In this document: one piece after another, positions 1 to 8,290 of the stretch | Position numbering within the stretch: the first letter of the stretch is position 1 | Layout: each line of letters starts with the position of its first letter | NCBI GenBank assembly: GCA_035559535.1 | Contig: DATMBG010000021.1 | Coordinates: forward strand, 124,001 to 188,000 | Direction: 5' to 3' | Origin: Candidatus Limnocylindrales bacterium | GTDB lineage: Bacteria; Moduliflexota; Moduliflexia; Moduliflexales; JAUQPW01 | DNA: 64,000 bases | Program-made: the position numbers and the translations under genes | Notes under the pieces: generated by a model | The model's database searches: none | Seen by the model: only the letters and a program-made list of their open reading frames with translations | What the model was told of the DNA's origin: nothing

Positions 1-997
1 CCGTCAGGCGTTTGATAGGATCGTATAATTGCCTTAAATAAACATAAAAGGCCACAATAGCCCCTGGAGAAAGGCGACCCTCTAAAACCAATTTACCCCC
101 ATAGCCTAGAACAATGACCGGCGCAATGGAGGTGAGAAAATCGGTCAGGGTATTGGAAGCAGAACTGTATAAAACTTTTTGAATAACAAGCCTGAAATAT
201 TCTTTGCTTTTGTGAAAAAAATTCCGTGCCTCAGCATGCTCTCGGGTAAAAGCCTGGACCACTTCGATTCCGGCGATTTTTTCATGCAGGTCTCCGCTGA
301 TTTCCTCTATTTTGGAATGCTCGATATGGGTTAAGGTTCGCAGTTTCCGGCTAAAAAAGATCATGGAAGGGATATACAACGGAAAGATGCTCAGAGATAC
401 CCAGGCCATGTGGGGATTCAGGTAAAAAAGAATAGTTAAATTCGTTATCAAGGAAGTGATATCCATAAGAACATTGGTAATCGCGGAACCCACAAAACTT
501 TGGGCGACCTGGATATCGTTGATGATCCGGGTTACGACACTTCCTGTTTGGTGGCTTTGATAGAATCCCAGGGAAAGGCGTTGGAGGTGAAGATAGAGTT
601 GGTAACGAAAATCGAAAATGATTCGCTGACCCACTTTACCGGCCCAATAACTGCGACCGAAAGTAGCCAGGGCATAGATCACATAGACAAAAACCAATCC
701 CCAGACAATAATAAGTAAAGTTCGAAACTTCTGAGAGGTATCCCGGTTGGGATTGATAAGGACCTCATCGATCAGGACTTTAAACGTCCAGGGAAAGACA
801 AGAGGAATATTATAACGGATAACCCCGCAAACCGTCATCAAAATAACGAGATGTTTATAGGGGGCTACAAATTTCCAGAATCGACGAAGAGGACCGGCTG
901 AGGTAGTTTTATCTTGCCTGCCTTTGGATAGATCCGGATTCCAGTGAAAAGTAAAATACCTGTGACGATTTTTTCCCCTACAATTCCCTAGAGCCAT
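1..997 (-). CDS. ABC transporter, MsbA/Sav1866-like fused permease/ATPase (N-terminal transmembrane part; runs off the window edge)
   Basis: Not in the ORF track. Manual translation from ATG at 997 gives MALGNCRGK...GPLRRFWKFVAPYKHLVILMTVCGVIRYNIPLVFPWTFKVLIDEV, followed by several TM helices typical of an ABC_membrane domain. The start is uncertain. Confidence 0.8.
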   Translation of the reverse strand, partial: MALGNCRGKNRHRYFTFHWNPDLSKGRQDKTTSAGPLRRFWKFVAPYKHLVILMTVCGVIRYNIPLVFPWTFKVLIDEVLINPNRDTSQKFRTLLIIVWGLVFVYVIYALATFGRSYWAGKVGQRIIFDFRYQLYLHLQRLSLGFYQSHQTGSVVTRIINDIQVAQSFVGSAITNVLMDITSLITNLTILFYLNPHMAWVSLSIFPLYIPSMIFFSRKLRTLTHIEHSKIEEISGDLHEKIAGIEVVQAFTREHAEARNFFHKSKEYFRLVIQKVLYSSASNTLTDFLTSIAPVIVLGYGGKLVLEGRLSPGAIVAFYVYLRQLYDPIKRLT

Positions 998-1341
998 ACT
1001 TATCCTTACTCCCCTTTTTAACTTCTCAAAGCTTACTTCTGAACCTGGCTAAGTAGAGAACAGACCCGGGTCCCAGAAGTACAACCTAAGAATCATGAAT
1101 AACCCTCCTCATGGGTCAGCTACGAAGCCATCTTTGATAGCCTCCATTCTTTATCAAGGTAAAAAATAATCAACTCTCTTCTACTTAGAAGATTTTTTTA
1201 GAATATTTTTTAAAGATGAGGAGGGATTAAGGGGAAGGAGCTTTCCGTTTCAAGATGAAACAACTCCGACCGGGTCCTTGTTTCAGGCAGGCACTGGGGA
1301 GCAAAGAATGTTGTAGGAAATCCAACTTTCTCTATTCCTTT

Positions 1342-2061
1342 TTATTTATCTCCATAACTATAATAGGAAGAATAATAGTAATAATAGTTGTAGTAATATC
1401 TTTCTTTTTTCAAATCCACGGAGTTTAGAACAACTCCAACAATCCGGGCATTGACCGTTTCCAACTGGTATCTGGCTCTTAAGATCATATCCCGGCTGGT
1501 TTTATTAGCCAGAACAACCAAAAGCACATTGCCGACCAGAGAAGACAAAATAGCTGCATCGGCTAGGGAGGTAACAGGGGGGGAGTCCAACAAAACCATA
1601 TCAAAACGTTTTTGAACGAGCTTAAGAAAATCCTGCATCTTTTGGGAACTCAATAATTCTGAAGGGTTAGGAGGGATTAAACCACAAGTTGCAACCCAGA
1701 GGTTATTCACTCGCGTAGCCTGATAAATTTCATCGGGTTCCACAGTTCCTACCAGCATGTGGGTTAAACCCTTGGTATTGTTAAGTCCAAACAAGTGATG
1801 AAGAATCGGACGACGTAAATCGGAATCTATCAGAAGCACTTTATTCTGGGCCAGGGCAAAAGTAATTCCCAAATTCGCCACCGTCATAGACTTTCCCTCC
1901 TCAGGGACACTACTGGTAATTAATAAGGAACGAATAGGATGATCCGCCTGTGAGAAAGTAAGATTGGTCCGGAGAGTTCGATAGAATTCTGAGACTGCCC
2001 GGGGTGTTTTCTCTTCGTCAATCAGAAATCTGGTTTCTTCTTTTAATCTATATCTTTTCAT
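1342..2061 (-). CDS. CpsD/CapB-family BY-kinase (cytoplasmic tyrosine autokinase half of a split Wzc)
   Basis: EFYRTLRTNL, Walker A ITSSVPEEGKS, LLIDSDLRRP, Walker B VLLDSPP, C-terminal Tyr cluster YYYNYYYYYSSYYSY. Confidence 0.93.
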   Translation of the reverse strand: MKRYRLKEETRFLIDEEKTPRAVSEFYRTLRTNLTFSQADHPIRSLLITSSVPEEGKSMTVANLGITFALAQNKVLLIDSDLRRPILHHLFGLNNTKGLTHMLVGTVEPDEIYQATRVNNLWVATCGLIPPNPSELLSSQKMQDFLKLVQKRFDMVLLDSPPVTSLADAAILSSLVGNVLLVVLANKTSRDMILRARYQLETVNARIVGVVLNSVDLKKERYYYNYYYYYSSYYSYGDK

Positions 2062-3537
2062 TTAATCACTCCCCTTTTCTATAAGGACAAGAGGTTCTTT
2101 TTCTAAAGAAAGAGGTTTCTTTTCAGGTATCACCTTCGGGATGATACCTAAAACCGGTAGTCCTAAATAATACTCCACATCAGCTGGGGTTTTAATCGAT
2201 CGGTCAAAGTACTCTGTCAAAAAAGCTACCACCAGGCCTGAAATCAAGGCAATGACAGAACCAATCAAAATATTTCGCACACGGTTTCTACTTGGAGTAA
2301 TATCATGGGCCTTAGCCCGTTCCAGGATTCGAATATTATTTTTCTCAAGGCCTCCTGTTACACTGGTTTCTTTCAATTGACGAAGAAGAATATTATAAAG
2401 TTCTTCATTCGCGGTTACTTCTCGTTGGAGAGCCGCGTATTCTACCGCCTTTTTATTATCGTTGATGGTTTCTTGCTTGTATTGATTGATGGAATCCAAC
2501 AGGGCACTTTCCCTGGCTTTTAAAACCGTTACTTCGGCCTCTTTAGCCTTAAAAAGGGATTCCACTTCACTTTTCATTTTATCCTTTAAAGTTTGAAGTT
2601 TTAACTCGGCCTGTTGAAGCTTTGGATGTTTCTCCTTATAGGTTTGCCGGAGGTTGGTGAGTTCGATTTCGGTATTGACCAATTCGGTATTGAGAGCCAT
2701 CAAAGAAGGGATACTCAGGTTTACGTTGGCAACGGTTGCTGCCGAGGTTGGTTGCTGATCCTGAAACTTTTTTAGCTCGTTCAATAAAGTCTCTGCTTCT
2801 ACACGTTTTTCTTTAACCTGGACGTACATGGTATTGAGTTCGGCCAGTTTTTCCGATTGAACCTTCTGATTTCCTTCCAGGGAAAAAATTTCATTTTGTT
2901 TTTGAAATTTCTGTAAAGCTTCCTGAGCTTCCTTAACCTTCGCTTTCAGATCTACAATCTGTTCACTCAACCAACTTACCGCTCGTCGAGCCGCTGTAAG
3001 CTTCGTTTGAAGGTTGTAGTCGATGTACACATCGGCCAGAGTGTTGGCTAATTTTTCAGCCTGTTCTGAATTTGAATCTCTAGCCAGAATCTTAACCATC
3101 AACGTTCCAGGAACCTGGGAAATAACCACCTGTTTTCGATACTGGGCCAGAGCAGTTTCATAACCGGCCGGATCCTTCTCCGGGTCTGCTAATTTCAACG
3201 TCGTCAACACCCGCTCGGCCATAATATTGCTGTTGAGGATGCCCAACTGGGTATTTAAATCGTAAGATTCACCAAAATAGTTTTCATAGGCAGACTTTCC
3301 ACCCTCTACGGTAACCAAAGCCGGCTTCTGAGAATCGATAATGAGGGTTGCGACAGCTTCATAGAAGGGTTGGGGGTCTGGTTGCAAATAAACTCCAATA
3401 GTAATCGTAGACGCCAAAGTGATAAAAACCAGCAGGATGACCCATTGCCGTCTTCGAATGATTATCCAGTAATCTATAAGGTGTAACGCTTTTCCTTCCA
3501 AAAGGGCTACTTCTCCTTCTTTCCATTCGGTCATCAT
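2062..3537 (-). CDS. Polysaccharide co-polymerase (GumC/Wzc membrane-periplasmic domain)
   Basis: N-terminal TM after HLIDYWIIIRRR, long coiled coil with YKEKHPK, C-terminal TM and DRSIKTPADVEYYLGLPVLGIIP. Confidence 0.92.
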   Translation of the reverse strand: MMTEWKEGEVALLEGKALHLIDYWIIIRRRQWVILLVFITLASTITIGVYLQPDPQPFYEAVATLIIDSQKPALVTVEGGKSAYENYFGESYDLNTQLGILNSNIMAERVLTTLKLADPEKDPAGYETALAQYRKQVVISQVPGTLMVKILARDSNSEQAEKLANTLADVYIDYNLQTKLTAARRAVSWLSEQIVDLKAKVKEAQEALQKFQKQNEIFSLEGNQKVQSEKLAELNTMYVQVKEKRVEAETLLNELKKFQDQQPTSAATVANVNLSIPSLMALNTELVNTEIELTNLRQTYKEKHPKLQQAELKLQTLKDKMKSEVESLFKAKEAEVTVLKARESALLDSINQYKQETINDNKKAVEYAALQREVTANEELYNILLRQLKETSVTGGLEKNNIRILERAKAHDITPSRNRVRNILIGSVIALISGLVVAFLTEYFDRSIKTPADVEYYLGLPVLGIIPKVIPEKKPLSLEKEPLVLIEKGSD

Positions 3538-3546
3538 CTTTACCTC

Positions 3547-5151
3547 CTAGAAGAAGCTCTCCGGGACAATAATCATATCCCCGGGATAGACGGGTGGATT
3601 TTTATCTCGAACTCCCTTCTTTACCACATCTTCCATTTTAACTTTGAAAGTTTCCGTCTTCCCATCGATTTCTCGAACAATTTTAGTTCCATTTTTTGCA
3701 GCATAGTCTGTAAATCCTCCGGCTCGCAGAACAACATCTAACACGGTATCTCCATTCTGATACTCATAAGCCCCTGGATTTTTCACACTCCCTAATACAT
3801 AAATCAGACCGGTGCCGACAAATGGGGACGTTTGTCCTACTCCCTGGCCTTTTTCCAAAGATGAAGGGCCTCCGGTGGCACGGGATCTTTTCTCATTTTC
3901 GGATACGATGAGTACATCCCCATCTTGAAGTGGAATATTCTGACTTATATCTCCCTGAATGAACAATTTCCGAAGATTCACAACAATCGGATTAATGATT
4001 TCCATACCTTCTTTGCCTTCGAGATCCTTCTGAGACAATCTGAGAATTTTTAATTCTGAATCAAAGGAAGAAGGTCCGCCGGCGCTCAATAGGGTACTTA
4101 AAACCCGACTATCTCCGGTCAGTTCATAAGACCCAGGTTGGCGAACCGCTCCGATAATATTGACCTTCCTGGACCGGAGTTTAACTAACTCTACGGCAAC
4201 CTGAGGATCCACCAAATAATCCCTGGCCAATAACTCCGTGATTTTTTCATCCAATTGGTTGACCGTAAGACCCTCAACCCGGATATCCCCTAAAAGGGGA
4301 AAAGTTACCAGACCCTCCGGGGAAACCGTATAGGTTTTACTCAAACTCTCCTCTCCAGAAACCGTAAGCCTGAAAACATCCCCTGGCCCGATGAGATAGC
4401 CTTGCGAAGTACTCATATCTGAAGGAGAAAATCGAGAAGTAGGGGAGGACGATAGGAAAGTCGATTTTTTCCTGGATGTAGATATCGTAGCCGAAGAGGG
4501 TTGAGGGGGACCAGAGGAGGATCCGGTATAAGAAAGCGGGGGTTGAGGCTTCTGCATAGACGGAGTTTTTATCTGCTTTAAGGGCGGATTGGGTGGTAAA
4601 GATGATTCTCCGGAAGTTTCAGAAGATAGCGCTAAAGACTCAGATTCTTCGGATTTAGGGGAACCTGGGATAGCCGTGGGTAATATCTTCTTGATATCCA
4701 GTATGATGCGAAAAGGTCGCTCCAACGTCTTAGGGCTATAGGCAACCTGTTCATCGGTCAGGGTAAAAATAGCCCGAACCATAGAGCTTCCAATTTGCTC
4801 TACCGTTACTGACTTGATTTGACCATTCTGAACCGGAATCTCTTGATGAGGGGGATTTATCACGGTATCCGGTATCTCCATAATGAGTTTATTCCGGGTC
4901 TGTAAGAGGTTATATTGGACCTCCCGATCCAATTCAAAAATGAACCGATCGATCCCTTCGAGATAAGCATGGGTAACTTGAGTTACTGTAGATAATTTTG
5001 AGGGGGAAATCCCGGATTGGGACGGGGAGGATAACTCTGGACCGGCCGGGGCCTTGGTTCTCGAAGAAGAACCGGCACAATACGTCAGTAAAAGAGGTAA
5101 TAGACTTAACACAAAAATTAACTTAATCCGATGATTCATGTAACACCTCAT
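3547..5151 (-). CDS. OPX/Wza-family polysaccharide export lipoprotein with N-terminal AMIN-like domain and two SLBB domains
   Basis: Lipobox-like LLTYC, AMIN-like beta region, Ser/Pro linker, YLIGPGDV...VSPEGLVTFPLLG (Poly_export), two SLBB repeats, ends PGDMIIVPESFF. Confidence 0.88.
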   Translation of the reverse strand: MRCYMNHRIKLIFVLSLLPLLLTYCAGSSSRTKAPAGPELSSPSQSGISPSKLSTVTQVTHAYLEGIDRFIFELDREVQYNLLQTRNKLIMEIPDTVINPPHQEIPVQNGQIKSVTVEQIGSSMVRAIFTLTDEQVAYSPKTLERPFRIILDIKKILPTAIPGSPKSEESESLALSSETSGESSLPPNPPLKQIKTPSMQKPQPPLSYTGSSSGPPQPSSATISTSRKKSTFLSSSPTSRFSPSDMSTSQGYLIGPGDVFRLTVSGEESLSKTYTVSPEGLVTFPLLGDIRVEGLTVNQLDEKITELLARDYLVDPQVAVELVKLRSRKVNIIGAVRQPGSYELTGDSRVLSTLLSAGGPSSFDSELKILRLSQKDLEGKEGMEIINPIVVNLRKLFIQGDISQNIPLQDGDVLIVSENEKRSRATGGPSSLEKGQGVGQTSPFVGTGLIYVLGSVKNPGAYEYQNGDTVLDVVLRAGGFTDYAAKNGTKIVREIDGKTETFKVKMEDVVKKGVRDKNPPVYPGDMIIVPESFF

Positions 5152-5243
5152 CCCTCAAGACAAGCCTCAGGATTTAACTTCCAAACTCTGATTTAACAAT
5201 TCAGTCTTTAGCCTTTAAAGTTAATATCCTGAAACTACCGCGG

Positions 5244-5270
5244 ATTAATCTAAAATAAAGGAGTTGTCAA
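5244..5270 (-). promoter_or_regulatory. Possible internal sigma70 promoter upstream of the OPX gene
   Basis: Perfect TTGACA on the minus strand at 5265-5270 in an AT-rich gap. The -10 box is ambiguous. Confidence 0.3.
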
Positions 5271-5311
5271 GTTAAATTAGGAGTTTAGAAACCAAAACAA
5301 TGGGGTAGAAT

Positions 5312-8284
5312 TTAATTCCTGTTCTTAATTTTCTTTTGGGCGATTTGATTGCCTGGTTGAAGATTCAATACGGCCTCATATTCTTCCTGCGCTTTATCAA
5401 ATCGAGAAAGCTTCTCATAGAGAGCAGCCAGTTGGAGTCGATAATCAGGATCCTTAGGGTTCTTCCGAACGATTGCTTCCCATTGTTGGGTAGCCTCATA
5501 AATCATCCCCTTGCTCAGGTAAAGATCTGCTAGGAAGCGTCGATAGGATACGTTTTGAGAATCTAAAGCGATGGCTACTTTAGTTTCTTTAACCGCCTCT
5601 AACCAGTTTCCCATCTGGTTCTGATACAGGGCCAGTTTATGTCTGGCTACTGCATCATCAGTCCTTATATCCAGGTACCGATTCCAGGTAGTAATAACTT
5701 CAAAGGGTTTTCCTATCTGGTGATAAAGATTCGCCAACCCCTCGTAATACTTCCGTTCAAGGGGTTGTAAACCTATCGCATCTTGATAGGCCTCGATGGC
5801 TTTAGGGAGGTTACCCATTTGCACGTATATTTCTGCCAGGAGTCCATAAAGTTCCGGTTGCCGAGGCATCAACTCCAGCGCCTTATGATAAGCTTTCAAA
5901 GCACGCTCCGGTTGCTTCATTTGAATCCATACCTCTCCTATTCCTCGCCAGGCTTGAATATTATCGGGTTTTATCTCAACAATTTTCTCATATTCTTCCA
6001 ATGCTTTCTTCCCACTTTCCTTTTCTCCCGGTTCATTGTTTCTGGTTTCTCCATATCCGGGTACTCCTACACCCCTACCAAGAGCCTGGTAAGCACGAGC
6101 GATTTGAAAACGAATCGACACATTTTCAGGATCTTTCTCCAGGAGGCGGCGCCAAAGAGAAATGGCCTTCAAGGGTTTCCCTCGTTGGGTGTAAAATCTG
6201 GCAAATTCTTCACAATAGATGGGATCGTTCTGGGTTAACTGAAGAACTTTCTCATATTCAGCCTCTCCTTCCGACCAAAGGTTCTTGTGAACCAGGAATC
6301 GAGCAAATTGAAGCCGGGCTTCCGGCGTATTTGGAACGCTTTCTTCGCATAGGTTATAGCGTTTTCCATAGAGGAGACATTCTTCGAGAACGTCGGAAAG
6401 TTGGGAGATATTCAGTAAGAGAGCCTGACGATAAGCAGAAATTCCACATTCTGGCTTCCCTTGCAAAAAGCAATAGCGAGCCAGGTTCCGATGGTAATAA
6501 GGGTTACGGGGGTATAATAAAACGGCTTTCTCAAACTCGGCCAGGGCCGCGGTCTGATTTCCCAGTCTTGCATACACCCATCCTAAATTTAGATGAGAAC
6601 CCGGCTCAAAAGGATTAAGGGCTACCGATCGGGCATGGAATTCCAGAGCTTTTTTCCAATTTTCTTGAATCTTTTCTTTTTCTTCCTCTGTTTCCTTACC
6701 TCCTTGTACGGTTACAGGCTTATTTCCTGCTTCCAAATAAGCATTTCCCAACCCGGTCTGATAAACGGCATTTCCTCCCTCCAGGCGAATAGCCTTTTCA
6801 TAAGCTTGGAAGGCTTCCTGCCACCGGCCATTTTTTTGATAACCCTGGGCCTGGTGAAAGTAAACTTCTGCCAGATATGCTTTTGCCGTCCAGGAAATAA
6901 AAATCAGAATCAGAAATATTCCTACCCAAAACGGGAGAATAGGCCAACGGGAGAACAGGAAGCGGAATATTGGATTCCAAATCCCTCCACCCTTCCCCTT
7001 TCCCCTTTTCCTTTGAGGGGTTGTGGTGAATCGTAAGGAGACCATTAAAATAGCCAGGATGGTGGTAAGGAGGAGGGCGTTGGCCGGGACCCGGAGATTA
7101 AAATCCACTATTCCATGGAATAGAAAAGCCAATACGCTGGTAAGGGCTGTCAAAGTGAGAAGCTTCAGAGATCGTTCCTCGGGTGAAAAATAGGCAGTTA
7201 AGGCCGATTGAAAAACCCGTTGGATTCCCCAAAGGAAAACAATCAATCCGAGTAATCCGGTATCTACGAGAAGTTCGATGTAGATACTTTCTGCGTGGAA
7301 GGCCCTGAGGGATTCACCCAGATAAGGGGCATATTTAAGGAAAACGTACTGAAAGGTACCCAGGCCGGTACCCAGCAAAGGTGCTTCTTTGAGGAGTTCT
7401 AGACTATTCTGCCAGAAGGTGAGTCGGATAAGTGTGGATTCATCCCATTGGCCACCTAGCCAGGTCTTCTCGATCCGCTCAATGACCGGCATGATTCCTA
7501 TCCAGGACAGATAGGTTAAAATGGCCAAGAAGAGAGCTAAGAGGATCCAAACAGGTTTCTGGTCTGTTCGGCGGATGGCCAGACAAATACTTAAAAAAAT
7601 CAGTGACAGGAGAAGACTGATGATGCCGCCCCGGGATAAAGAAAGCGCCAGGGCAGTTCCCATTATGGCAACCAGTAGACCTAAAAGGAGTTTTTTTTCC
7701 CATTGCCGGGTTAAGAAAGTCAGGCCGATGGCCAGCGGAATTATCAATTCAAGATAAACGGCAAAGTGGGTTGGGCTGATGAAGGTTCCGGCCATCATAC
7801 CCTGGGGAACTTCCCGTCCCAGTAAATGAGTAAACCCTTGAAAATAGCGGATAAGACCAAAAAAAGCTTCCAGACTCCCAGCAATCACAAGAATAGAAAC
7901 CAGCCCAACTAACTGACGTTGGGTTCGCAGATGGTAGACTAAAACCTGATAAAAGAGACAATAAGTTAAAAATTGGTAGAGCCACTCCCTGGTCACGTAG
8001 GGATAGATAGAAAAGCAGGTATTAAGAATCACGAGGATAAAACCCAGCAACAGTGGCGTATTCAATGGGGTTCGAGATCGAACAAAAAGATAAAATGGTT
8101 CCTCTTTACTTTCCAGATAAATCTGCAGGATCCAGGCCAGGGTTATAAATCCTACTGTGAGCCGCATCACCGTAGTAGCCCAGAGATCTATAGAACCAAA
8201 GGCCAGGGGGGTAAAAAAGACAAGAAAGAGGAAACCTAGCTGGGTAAAAATATAAAAGAACTTAACCTCCTTTGATCTGTTCAT
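5312..8284 (-). CDS. O-antigen ligase (Wzy_C)-like membrane domain fused to a long TPR array
   Basis: About 12 TM helices with LSLSRGG, RLTFWQ..PLLGTGLGTF, HAESIYIELLVDTG and HGIVDFNL. The C-terminal ~500 aa consists of TPR repeats. Confidence 0.88.
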   Translation of the reverse strand: MNRSKEVKFFYIFTQLGFLFLVFFTPLAFGSIDLWATTVMRLTVGFITLAWILQIYLESKEEPFYLFVRSRTPLNTPLLLGFILVILNTCFSIYPYVTREWLYQFLTYCLFYQVLVYHLRTQRQLVGLVSILVIAGSLEAFFGLIRYFQGFTHLLGREVPQGMMAGTFISPTHFAVYLELIIPLAIGLTFLTRQWEKKLLLGLLVAIMGTALALSLSRGGIISLLLSLIFLSICLAIRRTDQKPVWILLALFLAILTYLSWIGIMPVIERIEKTWLGGQWDESTLIRLTFWQNSLELLKEAPLLGTGLGTFQYVFLKYAPYLGESLRAFHAESIYIELLVDTGLLGLIVFLWGIQRVFQSALTAYFSPEERSLKLLTLTALTSVLAFLFHGIVDFNLRVPANALLLTTILAILMVSLRFTTTPQRKRGKGKGGGIWNPIFRFLFSRWPILPFWVGIFLILIFISWTAKAYLAEVYFHQAQGYQKNGRWQEAFQAYEKAIRLEGGNAVYQTGLGNAYLEAGNKPVTVQGGKETEEEKEKIQENWKKALEFHARSVALNPFEPGSHLNLGWVYARLGNQTAALAEFEKAVLLYPRNPYYHRNLARYCFLQGKPECGISAYRQALLLNISQLSDVLEECLLYGKRYNLCEESVPNTPEARLQFARFLVHKNLWSEGEAEYEKVLQLTQNDPIYCEEFARFYTQRGKPLKAISLWRRLLEKDPENVSIRFQIARAYQALGRGVGVPGYGETRNNEPGEKESGKKALEEYEKIVEIKPDNIQAWRGIGEVWIQMKQPERALKAYHKALELMPRQPELYGLLAEIYVQMGNLPKAIEAYQDAIGLQPLERKYYEGLANLYHQIGKPFEVITTWNRYLDIRTDDAVARHKLALYQNQMGNWLEAVKETKVAIALDSQNVSYRRFLADLYLSKGMIYEATQQWEAIVRKNPKDPDYRLQLAALYEKLSRFDKAQEEYEAVLNLQPGNQIAQKKIKNRN

Positions 8285-8290
8285 GGAAGA

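Noticed and set aside
1034-1081. Imperfect inverted repeat tacttctgaacctgg ... ccgggtcccagaagta as a terminator or riboswitch
   Set aside because: Large loop, no U-tract and no recognisable aptamer consensus.
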